Shown here: positions 34,854-42,554 of the stretch, piece by piece
How the letters are laid out: each line of letters starts with the position of its first letter
Position numbering within the stretch: position 1 is the first letter of the stretch
IMG/VR virus record: IMGVR_UViG_3300045988_168456
Strand: one strand, 5' to 3'
Origin: a virus
DNA length: 49,481 nucleotides
Notes under the pieces: generated by a model
Databases searched by the model: none
Told to the model about the DNA's origin: nothing
The model's input: the letters and a program-made list of their open reading frames with translations, nothing else
Program-made: the position numbers and the translations under genes

Positions 34854-34895
34854 CAAATATATAAACTATTCTCGAAAGAAAGAAATTTTTTTCTA
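34854..34895 (-). promoter_or_regulatory. Candidate Bacteroidota-type promoter of the replication operon
   Basis: The minus strand reads TATATTTG (plus 34854-34861) about 36 nt upstream of ATG 34818. The conserved TTCTCGAAAG...AAATTTTTTTCTAT element lies just upstream. Confidence 0.55.
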
Positions 34896-34927
34896 TTTAT
34901 TTTGAGATTTATTTGTTAAAAATAATT

Positions 34928-34950
34928 AAGCCGTAATTTTAGTACGGCTT
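34928..34950 (-). terminator. Hairpin downstream of the lysis cassette (possible terminator)
   Basis: aagccgta (34928-34935), loop attttag, tacggctt (34943-34950). An 8-bp perfect stem. The flanking U-run on the minus strand is weak. Confidence 0.45.
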
Positions 34951-34962
34951 TGAAATTGCTGC

Positions 34963-35101
34963 GTAAACAAAGAAACAATAAAAACAATACTCCTATATAT
35001 TTCAAACTTAATTTCTTAATTTCCGATTAACATTAAGGTTAACAAGAAATATCAGCTTTTAATACGAAAAGATTTAATAAAATTATTGTTTCTTTGTTTA
35101 C
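34963..35101. repeat. Perfect 19-bp inverted repeat, GTAAACAAAGAAACAATAA ... TTATTGTTTCTTTGTTTAC
   Basis: Arms at 34963-34981 and 35083-35101, 101 nt apart, in the 353-nt gap between the u-spanin stop and the HTH gene start. Confidence 0.9.
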
Positions 35102-35171
35102 AGCATATATAAATAATTGATTTTGAGCACTTTCGGCATAAACAATTCATTGTTTATATTGTTTCTCTTGT

Positions 35172-35564
35172 TTACCGCTTTATGAAATATTTTACACACA
35201 GCCATATAATTATTAAAACTATGGCAGCAATTAGGTATTCACCCATATTAATTTTTATCTTTTGCCATTTAGTAAGTTGAGCTTCTATAGGGTATGCAAT
35301 TTGAATTGTATCAACTTTTTCTTGCCAAAGTGTATCATGCTTTTCTATGTATTTATATACATATTTATACTTATTAAGATACACAGTATCGCCTTTATGT
35401 TCAATATAAATAGAATCTCTTTGATATATACTATCTATTTTAATTTTTGATATATACGTAGTATCTCTTTTAATTGTTTCTACTGGCATATATTGAATTG
35501 ATTTACAACTATATAGCACGGCAACTAAAAATACAAGTATAATTATTCTCACATATTCTCGCAT
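35172..35564 (-). CDS. Unimolecular spanin candidate (N-terminal lipoprotein signal plus C-terminal TM helix)
   Basis: MREYVRIIILVFLVAVLYSC is a lipobox-like signal. C-terminal YLIAAIVLIIIWLCVKYFIKR. Last gene of the holin-amidase cassette. Confidence 0.6.
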   Translation of the reverse strand: MREYVRIIILVFLVAVLYSCKSIQYMPVETIKRDTTYISKIKIDSIYQRDSIYIEHKGDTVYLNKYKYVYKYIEKHDTLWQEKVDTIQIAYPIEAQLTKWQKIKINMGEYLIAAIVLIIIWLCVKYFIKR

Positions 35565-35604
35565 AATATTAATTTTTTGTTAGTAAATATTCATCTTTAA
35601 TATG

Positions 35605-35647
35605 AAAGTCATTCTCGTAATAATTTCTTATATGCGAGAATGACTTT
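35605..35647. terminator. 13-bp hairpin built from the CGAGAAT motif, between the amidase and spanin genes
   Basis: aaagtcattctcg (35605-35617), a 17-nt loop, cgagaatgacttt (35635-35647). Whether it acts as a terminator or a protein-binding site is unresolved. Confidence 0.45.
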
Positions 35648-35655
35648 TATGTATT

Positions 35656-36069
35656 TCAAAGGTCTTTATACTCATATTTAGCATCAAAACTTGGGCATGC
35701 TTTAGCCGCAAATTCTCTGTGTCCATGAATAGTAGCATTTGAGTATTTTACCTTTAAGCTTTTCAGCAATTCGAGTAAAGATTGCTTTTGAGCCTCAGTG
35801 CGTGTATCTTTAGGAGTTTTACCATCTTTAGCAACACCACCTATATAACACACTCCTATAGAATTTGCATTTTGACCTGAACAATGCGCTCCAATTATAC
35901 TTTCATCTCTGCCTTTGTGAATAGAGCCATCAAGCTCAACCACATAGTGATAACCAATATCTTTCCAATGGTTATCATTCACATGCCAATTTCGTATTGT
36001 TTCCGTTTTAACATCTTGTCCTTCAGGAGTAGCAGAGCAATGAACTATTATTTTATTTATTCTTCTCAT
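35656..36069 (-). CDS. N-acetylmuramoyl-L-alanine amidase (Amidase_2 / PGRP type endolysin)
   Basis: IVHCSATPEG...GYHYVV..DG...GR...GAHCSGQNANSIGVCYIGG...HGHREF...CPSF. Confidence 0.9.
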   Translation of the reverse strand: MRRINKIIVHCSATPEGQDVKTETIRNWHVNDNHWKDIGYHYVVELDGSIHKGRDESIIGAHCSGQNANSIGVCYIGGVAKDGKTPKDTRTEAQKQSLLELLKSLKVKYSNATIHGHREFAAKACPSFDAKYEYKDL

Positions 36070-36526
36070 CTAATGTTAATAGTTTACTTATTTTGTCTAA
36101 TATTTCACTACCTTGCTCAGCAGTTGTCGCTTGTACAATCTGTTTAACTATATCAGGTACTTCTGCAGCATGAGCTTTTTTACGTTTACTGTTTTCAATT
36201 ACAGATTTACCTTCTATATACATAACAGCAATAGTACACAGTATTGTTGCAAATGGAATTATGTAAAACGACAGTAAGCTCCCAAGTATATCAAACATAA
36301 GAGCAAAAAGCATTAATCTTACATAATCACCAATTTTAGTAACTGTTCTACGAAATCCATGTGACATAAGTGCTTGGCCAAGTGCTTTTGCTGTTGTCGT
36401 TCCACTCCAAAAATCTACAATGCTGCTGAATATCATAAAAATCCAACAAACTAGAATAATACCTACTCTGATAGCGATAAAAAATATCAACTCATCAAAA
36501 TTTTTAGTTTCAATCAATTCTAACAT
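36053..36526 (-). CDS. Holin (Phage_holin_4-like)
   Basis: DFWSGTTTAKALGQALMSHGFRRTVTKIG motif plus several TM segments. The probable start, ATG 36526, lies 2 nt after the upstream TGA (the track start is 36574). Confidence 0.75.
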   Translation of the reverse strand: MLELIETKNFDELIFFIAIRVGIILVCWIFMIFSSIVDFWSGTTTAKALGQALMSHGFRRTVTKIGDYVRLMLFALMFDILGSLLSFYIIPFATILCTIAVMYIEGKSVIENSKRKKAHAAEVPDIVKQIVQATTAEQGSEILDKISKLLTLDEKNK

Positions 36527-36527
36527 A

Positions 36528-37070
36528 TCACACAAATTTTTCCCAATCCAACTTAATTGCTTTTCCAATTGCATCAGCAGTCCATCTACAGAAAATCATG
36601 CCTTCATACCCATCTGGGTCATTAGCAATTTTATAAGCATATTTCAAACATGCTGCTTCATCTTTTAAAGGGTCTGGGTATAAATCCGCATAAGCCATAT
36701 TAGCCGCATAAGTAACATCACCAATTGTCACTTTATCCGAAATGCTTAACCCTAAACTTTCCATAGATTTTTTGACTTGGCTTGTAGTCCAGGAATGCTG
36801 TTGGCCATTAGCATTTACCATTATTTTACTTACATGCTCTGCAAGTGCATCTGTGAAATGATAGCCATGTTTTTTGACATATTCTGAATACCCTTTTGCA
36901 GACATAAGAGCATTAGCTGTTTGTTCATAAGGCAAATCAAATTTAACCTTATGCTCACCATGAGCAGTAGCTATTTTACTTTCTACTATTACTTCTTCAT
37001 CTTCATGTTCTTTATTATAGTGGTCACATGAATGATGCTTTACTATAATATATTTTAATCTGTGTCCCAT
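36528..37070 (-). CDS. Hypothetical protein
   Basis: 180-aa ORF between the fibre and lysis modules. Confidence 0.5.
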   Translation of the reverse strand: MGHRLKYIIVKHHSCDHYNKEHEDEEVIVESKIATAHGEHKVKFDLPYEQTANALMSAKGYSEYVKKHGYHFTDALAEHVSKIMVNANGQQHSWTTSQVKKSMESLGLSISDKVTIGDVTYAANMAYADLYPDPLKDEAACLKYAYKIANDPDGYEGMIFCRWTADAIGKAIKLDWEKFV

Positions 37071-37075
37071 AGTTT

Positions 37076-37570
37076 TTAACTTTCAAATTTTTTAATGAAT
37101 TTCTCTATCATTTCTTGTTGTTTTTTCATGAGTTCTTCCATGCCACTGATGGACTTCTCAATCTTACCAAAGCGCTGCTCTGTTTCTTGCTTTTCTTTAT
37201 ACATAGGATTAAGTTCTGCGAGTAATGAAGGAGCTTTATCAATAACATTCTGAGCTTTAGAAGCAGAAGCTAAAACTTGTTCAGCATTTGCTTTTTGAGC
37301 CTCAACCTCACTCATCAATCCAGATTTTTCTGTTGACAGAACAAGATGTCCAGCGTATGTAACTGAATGATTTTCAGGAATAGCGTATGTGGCCATTTTT
37401 CCATTTGCCTCTATGGTAACATCTACCACCATTTCAGTTTTACCTGTTTTTTGATTCATTTCCAATCGAGGAAATGATACTTGAGTAGCTTTACCTTGAA
37501 CGATGTTAAATTCTTGCGTATCAAGAATATATACAGGATAATTTTGTTTTATATCTTTAAATAATAACAT
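37076..37570 (-). CDS. Hypothetical protein with a C-terminal coiled coil
   Basis: 164-aa ORF with an ATG start. Confidence 0.5.
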   Translation of the reverse strand: MLLFKDIKQNYPVYILDTQEFNIVQGKATQVSFPRLEMNQKTGKTEMVVDVTIEANGKMATYAIPENHSVTYAGHLVLSTEKSGLMSEVEAQKANAEQVLASASKAQNVIDKAPSLLAELNPMYKEKQETEQRFGKIEKSISGMEELMKKQQEMIEKFIKKFES

Positions 37571-37597
37571 AGCTTATCTGAGTACCCTCAACTTTGA

Positions 37598-38035
37598 TTA
37601 AGATTCTGATATTGCAGCTGGTGCTGCGGCTGGCGTAATAGTAACTGTTAATGAGCTGTAAATTGCTAAACAATTAGAACTACCACATGAAACATTTGCA
37701 AGCTCTTGTGTTTGTCCTTCAGTAGCTAATACAACATTTGTTGGCAATCCAGTTTGTTCTTGGAACGCAGCCATGAACTTTTCAGTGATTACTTGAGTAG
37801 TTGCTTTACAGCCACAACCCGGTGTTACAATTGTAACAGTTGCTATAACAGGCACAAATACAGTTGTTCCATTAAAAACTGGTGTTCCAGTTTTATATGT
37901 TACAAATGATTCCGGCTGATTTGTTGAATTATCACAAACTCTGCGGCACAACCTTTCTTTGTAAATTGCTAATAGGGATACTCGATTAGGCACTTGTGCA
38001 GTCGATAATCCCACTGGTGATAAGTATACTGCCAT
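37598..38035 (-). CDS. Hypothetical protein with a PGCGCK motif, preceded by a strong Shine-Dalgarno sequence
   Basis: 145-aa ORF. The upstream minus strand reads AGAAGGAGGAAAGCATT-ATG. I did not see a comparable SD at the other starts I inspected. Confidence 0.6.
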   Translation of the reverse strand: MAVYLSPVGLSTAQVPNRVSLLAIYKERLCRRVCDNSTNQPESFVTYKTGTPVFNGTTVFVPVIATVTIVTPGCGCKATTQVITEKFMAAFQEQTGLPTNVVLATEGQTQELANVSCGSSNCLAIYSSLTVTITPAAAPAAISES

Positions 38036-38053
38036 AATGCTTTCCTCCTTCTA

Positions 38054-38218
38054 TTAGCAACCACAGCCGTTACCGCATCCGCAGTTGTTACCACATCCAC
38101 AACCATTCCAATTCCAGCCATTAGCACGGAAAATGCGTTGTGTCAAAATAGCTGCTGCTAAAGCGTTATCATTGTCACCTCTGTCACAACAATAAATTTT
38201 TTCAATAGAATCACTCAT
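38054..38218 (-). CDS. Cys/Gly-rich 54-aa peptide (not in the ORF track)
   Basis: My translation is MSDSIEKIYCCDRGDNDNALAAAILTQRIFRANGWNWNGCGCGNNCGCGNGCGC, 55 codons from ATG to TAA. It ends 18 nt upstream of the next ATG. Confidence 0.55.
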   Translation of the reverse strand: MSDSIEKIYCCDRGDNDNALAAAILTQRIFRANGWNWNGCGCGNNCGCGNGCGC

Positions 38219-38249
38219 AATTTGTAAATTTTTAAGTTAAACAATTTGG

Positions 38250-38639
38250 TTATTTATATATTTCTGCAGAAAATATACTCTCTTTTATTTCTTTTTTGCA
38301 TTGCTCGGCATATTGGTTATAAGCCTCGAACTCCTCGGGCTTCGTGTCCCGCTGCCGAAGTATGGCCAGTTCATCGTCTACGCTGTATCTTTCCCGAATT
38401 TTTGCCACTACTTGCTCTTCATATGTCATCTCGGGAATAGGCTGTTCCTCTTCTATTGGTATCTCTGGGATAGGTTCATACTCATAGACTATCGCCCCGT
38501 TCCGGTAATACATCACGGGTATTTTTCCGGGTATCTCCTCGGGAGATGGGATAGAATCTATTCGTATGAATCCTTCTATCAGGGTTTCGCCATAATAAAT
38601 ATTAGTGACTCTTTCGTCGCATATTTTAACTTGTATCAT
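38250..38639 (-). CDS. Tail-fibre-associated protein (possible fibre chaperone)
   Basis: The probable start, ATG 38639, lies 2 nt after the fibre TGA. The C-terminal RERYSVDDELAILRQ...EEFEAYNQYAEQCKKE motif recurs in genes downstream of phage fibres. Confidence 0.5.
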   Translation of the reverse strand: MIQVKICDERVTNIYYGETLIEGFIRIDSIPSPEEIPGKIPVMYYRNGAIVYEYEPIPEIPIEEEQPIPEMTYEEQVVAKIRERYSVDDELAILRQRDTKPEEFEAYNQYAEQCKKEIKESIFSAEIYK

Positions 38640-38640
38640 A

Positions 38641-39990
38641 TCAATTGAATTTTTTATACCTCGGATACAGAAGTTTTCCATTTTTCAAATTCGGGTTAGG
38701 TATCTGAATATACCCGAAATCTCCTTTTATCACTCTCCCGACATATTCGTCCATATTTATATCTGCATATACATAAATATTATAGTACAAGCTGTTGAAA
38801 GTGAGTTTATATCTATAACCATAAATCGCATTGCCCATCAATGAATCGCTTGGGGAAACATTGACATAAGTATTCATGGCATATCCCGCTTCGTTTTTCT
38901 TGGCAAGAGTTCCGTTATCTATGTTTGACATCTCTATCGTACAAATCTTTTGATGGCTGATAACATAAGCCGCACTTTTGAAATAGACGATAATGTTATA
39001 TCCTGAACCTTCTATTTTCCCGACAAATGAAATATCGCCGTTGGAACTGTCGATTTTAAACAAATTACTGTACGACAGGAAATAATTGAATCCGTTGTAT
39101 TCGCATTGCCCGAAATTCTGAATATCTGAAATAGAGGCTCCGGACAATTCTTTCAGATCGAATTCTTTTTCAGTGAGACCGGTTTCAAAATCTATCAGTC
39201 GTAGAACGCCATCGTTTTTGTAAAAATAAACGAAGTCCTTATATTCGACGAAGTTGCAATTATAGTACGGTTCTGATAAAGTCCATATCTTAGTTCGTGT
39301 ATCTAAATCCCAGCAGGTGATGGCACTACTGTTAGGTACAATGATTTTACCGTCTTTATAAACGAAGCAAGAGTTTCTAATATGTTGATATAAATGTATA
39401 TTTAACGGGATTTCATCATAAACGGTATCTTCTCCTGTCTGTTCATTCCAACAGGCAAGCCTGCTATCCTTGTTGCAATAAAAGAACAAACCGTTTTTAA
39501 AATAATACAGCTGGAAGGTTTTACTCGTATCTTCGAATAATTTCCCGTTTATCCCCTGCGCAGAAATAACATTGTCTTTTATTTCGACGTTTTCTCCACT
39601 AATCAATCTGTCTTGTTTCCCTGAAATTTTATCGTCTATGCTCTCCGCCGCTTGGTTCGCTTTATCGGCCGCCTCATTAGCGAGAGTTGCCGAGTTGTTC
39701 GCTGCCGTTGCGGCATCATTAGCTGCTTCTGCTGCGATATTAGCAGATTGTGTTGCATCATTAGCTGCTTCTGCTGCAGTATTAGCTGCTTCTGCTGCAC
39801 TATTAGCTTTAGTTGCTGCATCATTAGCCACTTCTGCCGCATCTAAAGCAGGTTTTTGTATTTGCTCTATTTGTTCCGGAGTAAGGTCCTCAAAAGTGCA
39901 TTTCATACAAGGAATGACCGCCTCTTCTTTACTAGAAGGTATTTCCGGAACAATCATTCTTTCATGTGTTATAAAGCAATCTTCTTTCAT
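38641..39990 (-). CDS. Tail fibre / receptor-binding protein
   Basis: The N-terminal Ala/Asn heptad array (AAEAAND-like, about 10 units) is typical of fibre shafts. The C-terminal region is rich in beta strands. GC is distinctly higher than in neighbouring tail genes. Confidence 0.7.
   Translation of the reverse strand: MKEDCFITHERMIVPEIPSSKEEAVIPCMKCTFEDLTPEQIEQIQKPALDAAEVANDAATKANSAAEAANTAAEAANDATQSANIAAEAANDAATAANNSATLANEAADKANQAAESIDDKISGKQDRLISGENVEIKDNVISAQGINGKLFEDTSKTFQLYYFKNGLFFYCNKDSRLACWNEQTGEDTVYDEIPLNIHLYQHIRNSCFVYKDGKIIVPNSSAITCWDLDTRTKIWTLSEPYYNCNFVEYKDFVYFYKNDGVLRLIDFETGLTEKEFDLKELSGASISDIQNFGQCEYNGFNYFLSYSNLFKIDSSNGDISFVGKIEGSGYNIIVYFKSAAYVISHQKICTIEMSNIDNGTLAKKNEAGYAMNTYVNVSPSDSLMGNAIYGYRYKLTFNSLYYNIYVYADINMDEYVGRVIKGDFGYIQIPNPNLKNGKLLYPRYKKFN
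39640..39846 (-). repeat. 21-nt (heptad) periodic repeat array inside the fibre gene
   Basis: DNA repeats of ttagctgcttctgctgc-type units encode AAEVANDAATKANSAAEAANTAAEAANDATQSANIAAEAANDAATAANNSATLANEAADKANQAAESI. Confidence 0.85.
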
Positions 39991-40328
39991 TTCTTTATGA
40001 CTATATTTGTTGGATATGAATCACCATAAACTTGTATTCCATTCTTGAAATCAGCATTTTTTGCATAGAATTTACGTGTTAATTGTAATCTTCCACTATA
40101 AAATGTTTCTCTGTTAAATATAAAGATTAACTCTCCATCGCGTACAACATTGTTTATACGATTTTTTCCATCATAGCTAACAACCATTTTATTATCAGAT
40201 GCATCTTGATATGTAAAGCTAAATATTATACTTTCAACATCAATCGACTTTCCGCTAGCATCAGTGAAAGTAAATCCTATTTCAAAATCTTCCCACCTAT
40301 ATCTTTCAAAATCTTCGTTTTCAGCCAT
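39987..40328 (-). CDS. Small tail-module protein (113 aa from ATG 40328)
   Basis: The track ORF starts further upstream at a non-ATG codon. Its stop overlaps the fibre ATG (ATGA). Confidence 0.5.
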   Translation of the reverse strand: MAENEDFERYRWEDFEIGFTFTDASGKSIDVESIIFSFTYQDASDNKMVVSYDGKNRINNVVRDGELIFIFNRETFYSGRLQLTRKFYAKNADFKNGIQVYGDSYPTNIVIKK

Positions 40329-40410
40329 ATAAATAGTATTAAAAATTATTAAAAAATACAAGTTAATTTTTCATATTAAATAAATTATATTACTTTTGCT
40401 TCTGTATATC

Positions 40411-40485
40411 GTCTTGTATGATGACATACATTAAATGGCTGTCTTATATGATAACATTTTCTAAAGAGCGTCTTATATGATGCTC
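40411..40485. repeat. Three direct copies of GTCTTRTATGATRMYM at 29-30-nt spacing
   Basis: gtcttgtatgatgaca at 40411-40426, gtcttatatgataaca at 40441-40456, gtcttatatgatgctc at 40470-40485. They lie in the 135-nt gap inside the tail module. Confidence 0.8.
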
Positions 40486-40496
40486 TTTTTTATTTA

Positions 40497-41618
40497 TTAT
40501 CCTATACATGATAAACCGATATTATATCCACTGCTTCCTTTTTTCGTTATAGATGCGCGTATTTTAAAGACATTTGAATATATGTATCTATCAATGCGAG
40601 AACTTCTATAAGGATAAGAATTCAAATTTTCTGTAAAAGAAGGATTATCACATCTAACTGCTATTCCAAATAACATATTCATTTTTGCTTTAATGCTAGC
40701 AGTTTCAGAGCCAAATAATATTTTAGTAGTATGCGGCTCAATACTTAAATCATTTAATGTATACATGTGCATTGATGTCCGCGATTTACTATTTACTGTG
40801 ATATATTCTTGCAATATGTGTGTTTTTATATCATCTTCATTTATTTGTATAATTTCTTCTGCATTACCACCATCAAGAGCTGGCCATATTTTTTGTTCGC
40901 CTATTGTAAGCTTTTCTGGGCTAATATTATTATCAATTATGTCTTTTTTGCATGATACACACCATCCACGTTTATAGTTACGTCGCTTGTTTTTTTGCTC
41001 AACTTTGTCAAAGTATTTTTTTCCAACTCTTCGTTGATATACCATAAGACAAATTTTTATATCTTTGAGCAAAGATGATTCAATTAAATCACTGTCATTT
41101 GAAATTTTAAATATAGGGTGATATATATTTAAAAACTTACCAGCATTTTGTTCACTTGGTTTTGTTGAACCGAGTGATAAAATACTAGGTTTTATAGACA
41201 TTACTGCACGTATATTAGCTATACTGTTTAAAAGGTCTGTGCTCAATTTTACATTTGTTATAGAACCATTTTCTATATTTTCTGTATTTATAGGTAGTTG
41301 TACTTGTGTTAATGTCCACCCTGTCTTATTATTATATATAATCCCTATATTTCCTTTTTCTAATACTCCTATTGCTTGAGAAAAACCAAGCATATATGTA
41401 CCAGGTTTAACAGCTAAAAAGAAAACGTTCTGGTCAGGACTATTTTGTAGTCTCAATTGAGGCTCAATAAGTCCAGCAAAAACTTTACCACTTTGTCCTA
41501 CTATATTATCAACAATGTTTATTAAAACACTTTGAAGTGATAAACCTGTAATCTCTTGATTATCATTTGCATATATAGAATCAGCAATAGATTCTTTTAA
41601 ATTAGTCCAATTTGGCAT
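40497..41618 (-). CDS. Tail / baseplate structural protein
   Basis: 373-aa ORF in the post-tape-measure block. Very AT-rich. Confidence 0.55.
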   Translation of the reverse strand: MPNWTNLKESIADSIYANDNQEITGLSLQSVLINIVDNIVGQSGKVFAGLIEPQLRLQNSPDQNVFFLAVKPGTYMLGFSQAIGVLEKGNIGIIYNNKTGWTLTQVQLPINTENIENGSITNVKLSTDLLNSIANIRAVMSIKPSILSLGSTKPSEQNAGKFLNIYHPIFKISNDSDLIESSLLKDIKICLMVYQRRVGKKYFDKVEQKNKRRNYKRGWCVSCKKDIIDNNISPEKLTIGEQKIWPALDGGNAEEIIQINEDDIKTHILQEYITVNSKSRTSMHMYTLNDLSIEPHTTKILFGSETASIKAKMNMLFGIAVRCDNPSFTENLNSYPYRSSRIDRYIYSNVFKIRASITKKGSSGYNIGLSCIG

Positions 41619-41632
41619 ATTATTTATATATT

Positions 41633-42499
41633 TTATATGTTAAAATCACTGTTGAAATCATTATTAAAATCACCATATAATTTAACAGGTATATAGCCAC
41701 CAGCATTAGCTATAACTGTATCAGTTTCAAATTCACATTCGACAGAAGCTAAATCACCTTGGTCTTCCCATTCTGGTTCTATAGTAAATGCTGTCATATC
41801 ATAAATTTGTCCTTTGCTTGTTACTTTTTTATTTTCACATAACCGTACAATTCTTAAAGCATCACATAGATATTCCGGAGCAACAAATGTAAAATGGTAT
41901 ATTTTTTTACTTACTTGGCTCTCGATAAATGAATAACCCATGCGCTCCGTTGATTCTTCTTCAAATCTATATTCAGGTTTGCCTATTTGAGTTGGTAAAT
42001 AGCATTTAAACTTAAACCCATCAGAGAAATCTACTATTCCATTTTTTAACTCAAAGTTGTATGCATTACTATATTCAAGAAGTAAATAATCTTCTATTCT
42101 ATTGCACACTGAAAATATATCTGAATATATAATTCCAAGACCTTTTATCTGTATTTCTATATAATAGAGCCCTTCATCAGTTATTCCTGTAATAGGTAAA
42201 ATACAAGGATATTTAAGTATTTTAAATCCTGTATATTCTACATACGATTTAAGACTAAGGCCATTATTTTTTATGCTTGTAGAAATATCAACATAAGTAT
42301 TCGTATTAATGTTATATAATCTTACATAGCCTATACTGCTACCACCAGATAATACAACCTGAAAAGGAAGCAACATATTTTTATACGTTATAAGAGGATA
42401 GATATTGCCAAAAGCATAATCTTTACGATGATTTTGCATAGAAATATCATCGTAAAAAGGCAATGGTGATAAATTATTATTAACTAATTTCATAGTCAT
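41633..42499 (-). CDS. Tail / baseplate structural protein (288 aa from ATG 42499)
   Basis: The track start 42511 is TTG. The first ATG gives MTMKLVNNN. Confidence 0.55.
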   Translation of the reverse strand: MTMKLVNNNLSPLPFYDDISMQNHRKDYAFGNIYPLITYKNMLLPFQVVLSGGSSIGYVRLYNINTNTYVDISTSIKNNGLSLKSYVEYTGFKILKYPCILPITGITDEGLYYIEIQIKGLGIIYSDIFSVCNRIEDYLLLEYSNAYNFELKNGIVDFSDGFKFKCYLPTQIGKPEYRFEEESTERMGYSFIESQVSKKIYHFTFVAPEYLCDALRIVRLCENKKVTSKGQIYDMTAFTIEPEWEDQGDLASVECEFETDTVIANAGGYIPVKLYGDFNNDFNSDFNI

Positions 42500-42554
42500 G
42501 AATTTAAGCAATTAGTTTTATATGTAAAAATGTTTTAATATTTTTTAACTTTAA

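Noticed and set aside
38641-39990. Possible diversity-generating retroelement target in the fibre gene (Asn/Ala-rich, repeat-containing).
   Set aside because: No reverse transcriptase ORF is present anywhere in the genome. No template/variable repeat pair with adenine-specific differences was seen.
39572-40000. Ala/Ser/Leu-rich plus-strand ORF, plus two further ORFs (39636..39842 and 39652..39846) over the fibre repeat array.
   Set aside because: They are alternative-frame readings of the 21-nt periodic repeat, which keeps several frames open. Only the 449-aa minus frame continues into a full-length protein with coupled neighbours.
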